Assembly (NCBI GenBank): GCA_044892525.1
Contig: CM097886.1
Location: 121,334,001-121,398,000, forward strand
Direction of reading: 5' to 3'
Source of the DNA: Schmidtea polychroa
Taxonomy: Eukaryota
Length of the DNA: 64,000 nucleotides
The stretch's first letter is position 1, and each line of letters opens with the position of its first letter. Positions 55,771 through 64,000 of this stretch are shown in pieces. The notes beneath the pieces are model-generated. The model saw only the letters and a list, made by a program, of their open reading frames with translations. It was not told the origin of the DNA and did not search any database. The translations under genes and the position numbers were made by a program.

Positions 55771-58631
55771 CAGGGATTCGGAGCGGAGCCCTGTGCGGAA
55801 AATTTGTTTGGAGTAAAGAGCGGAGCAGTTACTCAAAAATTTAGAAGGAGCGGAGCGGTGCGGTTTCGCTCCGCTCCATATTTTAATAGCTGATTATAAT
55901 TTGAAAATTAGAATATTCTTGGGTAAGTTAGTTTATCATTATCCTCTTGATATTTAGTTTCATTATTCTTCACTTTTCTTTATAGGAAAAATATACGAGT
56001 AATATAAAACATATAAAACTTATTGATATGTAATGTGTAATGTCAAACACAAAAGTTAAATAAATTTAAATTAAGAAGCTTAAATAAAGGTAAATTTAAA
56101 TTTTATTATTTATATATTATTAGTACGGCTGTGAAGTTCATGCACTAATAATTGTAAAATATGCTCATAAAATATATACAGAATTTTCGCTGTAATAATT
56201 TGCTTATTACAGCTTTTACATAATAGAATAGTTCCATATAAGTCTTGAAAATGTTGGCGAATAATTTCACAATTTCTTGCGATTATATATTTATTTTTGG
56301 GATATGCGGTATATGCAAAATTGAATCAATGCCATTTTACTTAAAAATGTCTGAAACAGATTAGCATTAGAGAGAAATTTAAATTAATTCAACCATTAAA
56401 ATTTCATATACTTCATTTTTTCATATATTTCATTTTTTCATAATTTTCATATACTTCATAGTCCTAATTATTAGTTATTTATTTATACTTTTACTATATT
56501 TTTTTTACATAGAATGGGAAAGGTAAAGAATCCAGTACGGAATTTTTTTTACTATGAAAAAATAAATGATAAGTTTACGTGCAAGATAGATGATTGCAAT
56601 CAAGTACTTTGTAGCAGAAATAACCATGTGTCGAATTTGGAAAGGCACATACAAAGATTCCATAAAAAAGAATATGCTGATTTGCAAAATAAAAAAATTG
56701 AAATTTCTATAAATGTAAAAAAATGAAATGTGTTGAGGTTGAGGATGAAATGCCAGAAAGAGAAACCTTGACGAAATTCTTAAATATGAAAAGATTAAAA
56801 AAAAATAGAAATCGACCTTGACTAACAACGATTAAAAGATGCTTGTGTTGAATTAGTGGCCAAGAATGGTCGGCCCTTTTCACTTATAGAAGATAGTGGA
56901 TTTTAAAAAATTATTAACCCTCTAATGAAAGCATTTAATGCAAAGGGCAGGATTAATTATGAAGATACTAAAAATAAAATGATTTCAGTAAAAATGGATG
57001 CTGCAACCAGATTAAATAGAAGTATTCTTGGAATAAATATACAATTTATCCAAAATAGTAATATTTGTCTTAGAACAATTCCCATAAGGATCTGGTCGAA
57101 TCCCATACGGGTATTTATTTAAAAAATATTTTACTTGGAATTTTAAAAGAATATGAAATTAATGTTAATCAAATTTATTCTGTTACAACTGACAATGGAG
57201 CTAATATGATAAAATGTGTAGAGCTTTTGTCAAAAAATGAAGATATAGAAATTGAAATGTCTGCTGATGATGATAATATTGATAATGAGGCTATTATTGA
57301 CTCAGATGAAAGTAATAATGTCGTGGAAATAGTTGAGGATGAAGAATCCTATTTCTTTGAAAATAACGATTTAGGTGAATTTATTGTTACATCAAATTCA
57401 AATAACATAATTTTGAAATCTGTAAGATGTGCTGCACATACCCTACAATTGGCTGTGCACGACGTTCTTAAATTAAAAATAGTCAGCAACATGTAGGTTT
57501 TTGGTAAAGAGATTGCGAGCACCTAAAATCACATGCATCATAAAGAAAACTCCAAATTTGCGTACACCTATAATTGATTATCCGACACAATGGAACTCGA
57601 TGTTCGACACGGCTTCAAAAATTCAAACTCTTTTGTTTTGAGTTAGAAAACACATTCAAATTTCTGAAAACTTCACCTGAATTATGGGAATTCATGGATA
57701 ATTTTGTTGTAGTTTTTCAACCTATTAAAAATGCGACTCTCAAACTGCAAGAGGAACACTTACTTTTAGGGGATTTTTATTCATTATGGACCGTGAAAAA
57801 ATTAAAAGTAAATTCAATGCAGAAGAAGCAATGAATAAGAGAGAAATGATTTTGTTAATGCTGCATTATATTTAGATCCACAGTTTCAGTTTCTACTATC
57901 ATCTACAACCATAAAGGCTGCACAAAATCATCTAATGTATACTTGGAAAACGCTGAAAATTATTAAAGAAATTAATCAAGTTGAAATTGAAACTGGCGAT
58001 CAATGTGAATCCTCAAAAACAACCGAAATGGAAAATGTATATGATCTTGAAATATTTTTGGCAAATGAAGCAGAAAAACTGAGAAAAATTCCAATTTACT
58101 CATCAAGTGAAATTGAAAATATTATAAAGAATTTTTTAAATGTACCAAGAATCAAATCTGATACAAATATTTTGGAGTATTGGGAGACCAAAAAACTAGA
58201 ACAAAGGATTCTCTATGAGTTGGCACAAGTTGTTTTGGCAGTGTCTGGTACACAGGCAAGTGTAGAGAGGAATTTTTCTGTGTAAAAATATGTGTTTTCG
58301 TTGCCGCCTGAGTGAGGAAAGACTTCACAAGATATTTTGCTGATCAAGTTAAATAATAACTTTATAGAATGATTAANNNNNNNNNNNNNNNNNNNNNNNN
58401 NNNNNNNNNNNNNNNNNNNNNNNNNNNNNNNNNNNNNNNNNNNNNNNNNNNNNNNNNNNNNNNNNNNNNNNNNNNNNNNNNNNNNNNNNNNNNNNNNNNN
58501 NNNNATGTTTTTTAATTTTAATATAAAATTTTAGTTTTTTTGTTAAATAAATACTAAAAAAACAGAAATTTAAAAATTTTTATCAAATTCAGAGCGAATT
58601 TTTTTAATGAAGCGGATCGGAGAATCAGCTG
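55771..58631 (+). mobile_element. Decayed hAT (Ac/hobo-like) element with a BED finger, spanning the assembly gap
   Basis: Start CAGGGATTCGGAGCGGAGC with GGAGC subterminal repeats; BED finger 56514-56726; DAATR, TTDNGANM, RCAAHTLQLAV, ILEYWE...QASVERNFS; possible end GAATCAGCTG at 58631; no TSD found. Confidence 0.75.
58377..58504. other. Assembly gap (128 N)
   Basis: Direct sequence. Confidence 1.
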
Positions 58632-58639
58632 TCTAGCTC

Positions 58640-59795
58640 TGAAAGGACACGTAGGAAGCGCGCCCAATAGGCCGAAACCGATGCGCGAGTAGCCGCCCAA
58701 CTCGTATGATCCCTCCACTGAGCTTAGAATGGGACGGAGTTACGCAAACGGGTGTCTGAATACCCAGTGACGGAGAGAGATAACATCTTCCCGGTCCACC
58801 ATTGGGCCGTTGATCATCATATTCCCTAGAAATCATCTTACATGAGTCACGGGCGGCCATTTCATCTTCTACGACTCCCGACGTCATCTACGTCGGCACC
58901 AGTTCGATTTCGGTCGCTGACCCTACCCGATAGTCATTCCAATCGTTTCCTCAGCTCCAGCTCCGCCAGCGATTCAGAGTGGCCAGAAGAAAAGAAAATG
59001 GCTCACGCGTGCCGAACTTTCCAAACGGAAGCGGGACGAAATAGCCGCAGTAGAAGCAGCACTGTTCGCAGTTTCTGATACGGCCAATGCGAAACCGGCA
59101 ACAGGCACACCCTGGATTGCCGATCCAATTCTAGAGGCACATGTCGAATACCTATTGAGAGAGACCTCCGATTTCGAATCTTAGTAAAATCTGCAGAACT
59201 AACTCCAAAATGTGTTTCTGTCACAATAAATAATTTGTCGTTTATGATTGTCCGTATGGGTCGTATAATATTTGGTTTTGAATGTCATATGCTTTTGCAC
59301 GAGGTACGGTCTTTAGTGTGAACTTGAGGTTGATAAATTTCTCCCTGAGGTCATAGTGTGTTCCGAGAGTTTGTGCGACTACATGAATTTATCGTCGTAA
59401 TACCTTTGTTGAATATTGTCGTATCATGCATTGACTTATGGGATAAATGTTTTGGGAAGGCGGAATCTTAGAAAGATGACAAAAGAGAGTCGAGAATAAC
59501 CTCAACTGGACCAGAGGTGTTATTGGTATTATGATACACGTGATTGATTCTGCTGTAAGTCCTCCTATCGGTATTCCAGAACCCGAAAAAGTGAATGTCA
59601 TGAAGAGTAGTCCTAACACAGGGGCTCACCTGCTCATGAATTCCAACCTGTGTATACAGTACCAACATTGTCGTTGCCATGGATAAACATCAGGGATAAA
59701 GACAGTAATCATCACGGCGTTTAGGAAGGAGTCTGTCGGAGCCTCTACCACCAGTCAAACGTCCTAAAAGTGGAGACACACCCCTAAGCGCCCAA
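58640..59795 (-). mobile_element. Second non-LTR relic, 5' part related to the element at 15000-16855
   Basis: 59500-59791 aligns by eye with 16560-16855 (ctcaactggacc, gctcatgaattcca, gagaca.acccctaagcgc); GC-rich decayed coding-like DNA downstream. Confidence 0.5.
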
Positions 59796-61819
59796 CAGAA
59801 ACAAGGTATAATTTATTTTATTATGTATTGATATTATGTATTTTTTTAGTTATTGGAGTAAAATATATTCAATTTTAATATTTAGACCATAAAACAAATT
59901 AGAAAATTATCGAAAGCACAAACAGTTTCAATATTGTCAGTTTCTCTACAAATAATTTTTCATTGGACCCAATTTTGTTGCACATCAGACCATTGACCAA
60001 GTTGATGATAATTTTTTCTTGTTTCATATAATAAATTATCATATTTACTAAGTATTTATACAAATTTTGACATATGAAGGCATGAATCATGCATGCTAAG
60101 TAAATGTAGATACTGTACATGATTGTTATGAATTGGTTATCTCCCCAGATTTTATTATTATTATTGTTATTATTTTATTCAGGGTTAATTCTCGATGGTA
60201 AATACTATAGAGAACTATGTTCATTTTATTTAAAACATTAAATTTCAATACTTTGTTATTATACAATCATTAAATAAATAGCGATTAATCGTGTTCGGAT
60301 TTTGAATCATTTTATAGTAAAATTCGAGTAGATTTCATATCAAACAACCAAAATTAAAGGAATTGAAAATTAAATAAAAACAACAATGGCAATTAGAAGC
60401 TGGAAATTAAATGAAAATAACAAAAGAAGAGAAAGGCTAGAGTTCTAAAAGAATGGAAAATATTCAAAGAGAAAACCAAAAAATTCTTTTCAGCAACATT
60501 TTAATAGACATTACTGGTAATATTTTTTGTTTTCATATATAATAAACTTTGTAAAGTTTGAAAGTTATAATTTTTAGCTTTGATTACCTATTGTAATAAA
60601 TAAAAATAGTTCTATCTTAGACTTAACATAACATACACCCCAATTGTCCTCACATTAGTTATTGAGTGATCCTTTTAGACTCTACAGTTCTCCCGTAACA
60701 CATTATACATAGCAATTATTATACATAACAATTACACAACATCCTGACAAATTTACCCATAAAAATGATTAACCCCACTGTTTACTTTGATTTTATGGCC
60801 CATAAACTTAGACATTAGAAGAATGTCAGGAAAAGTTTTGCTAATTTTAAAAATGTAAAGAAAGGCGGTCTGATTGTGCATATCGGTCAATAACAGAAAA
60901 GGCAAATGTTCAACCTAAATAGTAAACCGTTGAAATATCCACCACTGAGCCCCATTTTTTATAAAATCATATCGCGCCAACAGAGATGAGAAAATCCTGC
61001 AGAAAGTATAGCGAATCTCCACAGAAGCTGAACGCCATCAGGAAAGCCAATAATACAATTAGGAGTTATACAGGCACGAGTAAGATTCCATAATCTAATC
61101 TAATACGCAAACATAAACATCGATATCCACTCAAACAGCCTATGGATAGGCGAGGAAAAACCTGAATGGTTGAAAGGAATTGTTGAACTCCACTCGTACA
61201 CTAACTAAAGCCACTGAGAGTATGTTGTATTCACTAGAACGACATATAGGATCAATTTTCTGGTAACATTATCAATGTTGGTTTCCGTTGATTCTAGTTG
61301 AAAAAATTCTTCTCGTTTGCACAAATAGAAATGAGATGATGCACTTCAATATTACACGACTACATATCATAAGTGTTGGCTCTGTTAAATTCCCAACTCC
61401 GTCTTAAGGCGGGCAACACTAAATCCTATTTTTCCTTAATTGCTTAAATTTACTTTTTTGCCATAACTGCCCAGGTCCGCCTCAAGACGGGTATACCTAT
61501 AGCATGTATACCAAGTGACAATATACCGATAACAAAAAATTGAATACAGATTTATTTTCAGCGGCATTCATTTATGTAAGGAGACATTGCACGACGATAA
61601 AAACATTGGGTATTAGAGGGTTAACAGAGTAATAAATATATTAATGATGATAATCAATACATGAGCAGTAATTAAAACACCAGGAACTATAATATCAGTA
61701 ATAATAATAAATGTGCCAATAACGATAATAATTCATAATAATAATTATAATAACAGTCATGATTATTCCCGTAACCCTATAGTAGTATAAAGTGATGATC
61801 GGTATTAATAATTATACCG

Positions 61820-61858
61820 ATAATGATTATAATTATAATAATCACAATGATAATAAGG

Positions 61859-61948
<90 letters not shown>

Positions 61949-61950
61949 TT
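61820..61950. repeat. (AAT)n microsatellite
   Basis: Direct sequence; explains the poly-Ile ORF 61823-62023. Confidence 0.95.
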
Positions 61951-63700
61951 AATACTAACTTTAAGTAGTGATTGTGATAGAAATATGGATAATAAATTAA
62001 CAAAATCGACAAGAGTTATATAGAATGGCGATCATTCGATCAATCAGAAAGGAAAGAAATAATTTAATATAAAAACAAAAAATGAAAACAGCCAATCAAA
62101 TTGATTGGAATTTGAAATTTAAATTACAACAATAAAAACGATCCAAAAACACACAATCGATTCTGATTGGTCGAATCTGTCAACAAAATAGTACTCAGCA
62201 GACAATTTACCACTTTGTAAAAAAATATTTTTATCACTTATCAATTTATTTCAATCACTTTTCTTATAAATCGAAATCTACGTTTCTATTAAATCTTAAA
62301 CCAATCCTAATATACTACTTTTGTATTAACTTTCTTTCTCTCATCGGCGAGTGGAAGGGATCCTTAGTGGTTCCTGGGCTAGTCAGTAGGAAATGTCATC
62401 AAGTCACCAGTAGATAGCCGTAACGAAGCATCCCTATGAGGCAGTGCTACAGTCATCTCTGGCCATTTTAATGCTCAAATTCTTGCACCGATTTATAGCT
62501 ACCAGGAAAATATAAAGAAACCCTGCTACGCCATGTGAAAGACAAAAGATCAACAATAATTGATATGGCATTTATTTCAAATAAATTATTGGACGATAAA
62601 TTTGATCTTTCCGCAATATTGATTGCATAAATGTTTAATATATAATTTTCAATGCATTTTATAATTGTAATATATAATTTTATCCTTAATTATAATTCTT
62701 TTTAAATAATGATATCTAACATTCAATACGATAACCAATTTAGTATTTGATTTAATTTCTGAATCATGCATAAGGACGTCTGCTTCGATTTCTGAAGGTA
62801 AACACAGCCAGCTAAAACCGGGAGATTTCGATGAAAATGTTCTTTTTAACTTTATCTCCTCGTCCAGACTGGAATTGCAATAGCCCATATTTCCATGTTT
62901 GCTGTAAGCATAGCAAATTATTGCATTCGTATCACAGTTACTGATGATAATTTCATTTAATTTAGGAATTTCCTTTTCGCTAGACATTATTAAAACCAAT
63001 TTCGGATTCTTGCATTGAAAATTTGCCTGTTAAATTTATTAAAATCATTTATTAAGAATTAATAATTAGCACATTAATTTCTATATTGAGTAATAATATT
63101 CCAAATATTAATATTTACTAAATTTTATATAATAATAATTATATTCACATATAATTAGTTTATTCTTTCGCATTTAAAATTTCTAATATCAAAAAGCAAT
63201 ATAATATTAAAAATACCATTATGTGAGTTGGATCATCCATTAAACGTTTTAAGCGCTTATTAGTCTTATGAGATGATTTTGATAATGATAGCTGCCCAAA
63301 TAGAATTCGAGAACATCGACGAATTTCTTCACGTTCGCAGACCTCAAAACAAAGACTATTAATTCTGAAATTAGTAAATATAGTAAACGATGCTTCAATT
63401 CAATTATAAATACTCTTTAAAATTCTTAATATCCTCCCATGATATATGTTTAACAATACTACAAACAATAGTAAAATGATTGAAAAAATTTGACATTTTA
63501 AAACTGAATATAACATTCAATATTTAAACAAACAAGACTCATTTTATATTTTGTTAAAATTTAAATTAGTTAAGGTATCTAAATATCGAAAAAATTAAGG
63601 TTCATTTTTAATAAAAAGACACTAAACATATGAAATAAGTAACAATAAAATTATCCTCATAATCAGTCTGTCATTATAATCTGATTCTAATGCTATATAG

Positions 63701-63770
63701 CAGCGCTTCTTAAACTTTTTTCATTTACGACCTCATTTATGATTGCGAGTTTCCTAGCGACCCCATATAA
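63701..63770 (+). mobile_element. Probable hAT/MITE terminus
   Basis: CAGCGCTTCTTAAACTTTTT...GCGACCCC resembles hAT-Charlie ends; partner end not in window. Confidence 0.4.
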
Positions 63771-64000
63771 ATATAACAAAAAGATAAATAAGTATTTTTT
63801 GATGATTTATTTATTATGTAACAATACACATGAAAAAATATAGTTTTAGAATTCGTTTTGAAACATACAAAAATTTAAAATTAAATTTAATGAGATGGAT
63901 GTGCCTGTTTTTTATTGCATAACAAATTAAATCTTGGTGGAATGTTTGACACTGCTGGACGTAAGACCTCTTCAACATTTTTTAGCGATGAACGATATTG

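Noticed and set aside
61399-61491. Imperfect 14-bp inverted repeat (ccgtcttaaggcgg / ccgcctcaagacgg)
   Set aside because: Isolated, with no TSD or associated ORF.
61823-62023. Poly-Ile ORF
   Set aside because: Translation of the (AAT)n microsatellite.
62649-62999. 116-aa minus-strand ORF
   Set aside because: Non-ATG start and no recognisable motif; could be an exon but unsupported.

Overview
Very AT-rich animal DNA. Introns of 44-47 nt, TRAF paralogues and a giant LTR element suggest a planarian-like flatworm (inference). Three parts. (1) 1-9006 is a near-perfect palindrome (arms 1-3526 and 5480-9006, 1.95-kb spacer) holding two convergent 3-exon TRAF genes and two truncated hAT elements; the arms differ almost only at the MATH peptide-binding strand. 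(2) 9-20 kb is a mosaic of Bcl-2-like exon relics, a Polinton/virus-like remnant (A32-type ATPase next to a mini TBP-like ORF), an Ulp1-bearing non-LTR relic, hAT relics and a POLE4-like gene. (3) 20348-49648 is a recent 29.3-kb Ty3/gypsy element on the minus strand, with 3.75-kb LTRs about 99.7% identical, a GAAT target-site duplication and a tRNA-Pro-like PBS. Its core is one ~14.2-kb reading frame broken by five lone stops and one frameshift: Gag, 3 ubiquitin-like domains, a Bcl-2-like domain, a chuvirus-type fusion glycoprotein, PR-RT-RH-IN, ankyrin repeats and a membrane module (Gag-Env-Pol order). It also carries an IAP-type RING ORF, an intronless TRAF, coiled-coil and membrane ORFs and an LTR-encoded ORF. 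49.6-64 kb is decayed gypsy, BEL, hAT and non-LTR debris with one assembly gap. Domain calls are by-eye motif recognition; no searches were run. Giant 'Burro' LTR elements are already known from Schmidtea, so novelty must be checked against them.
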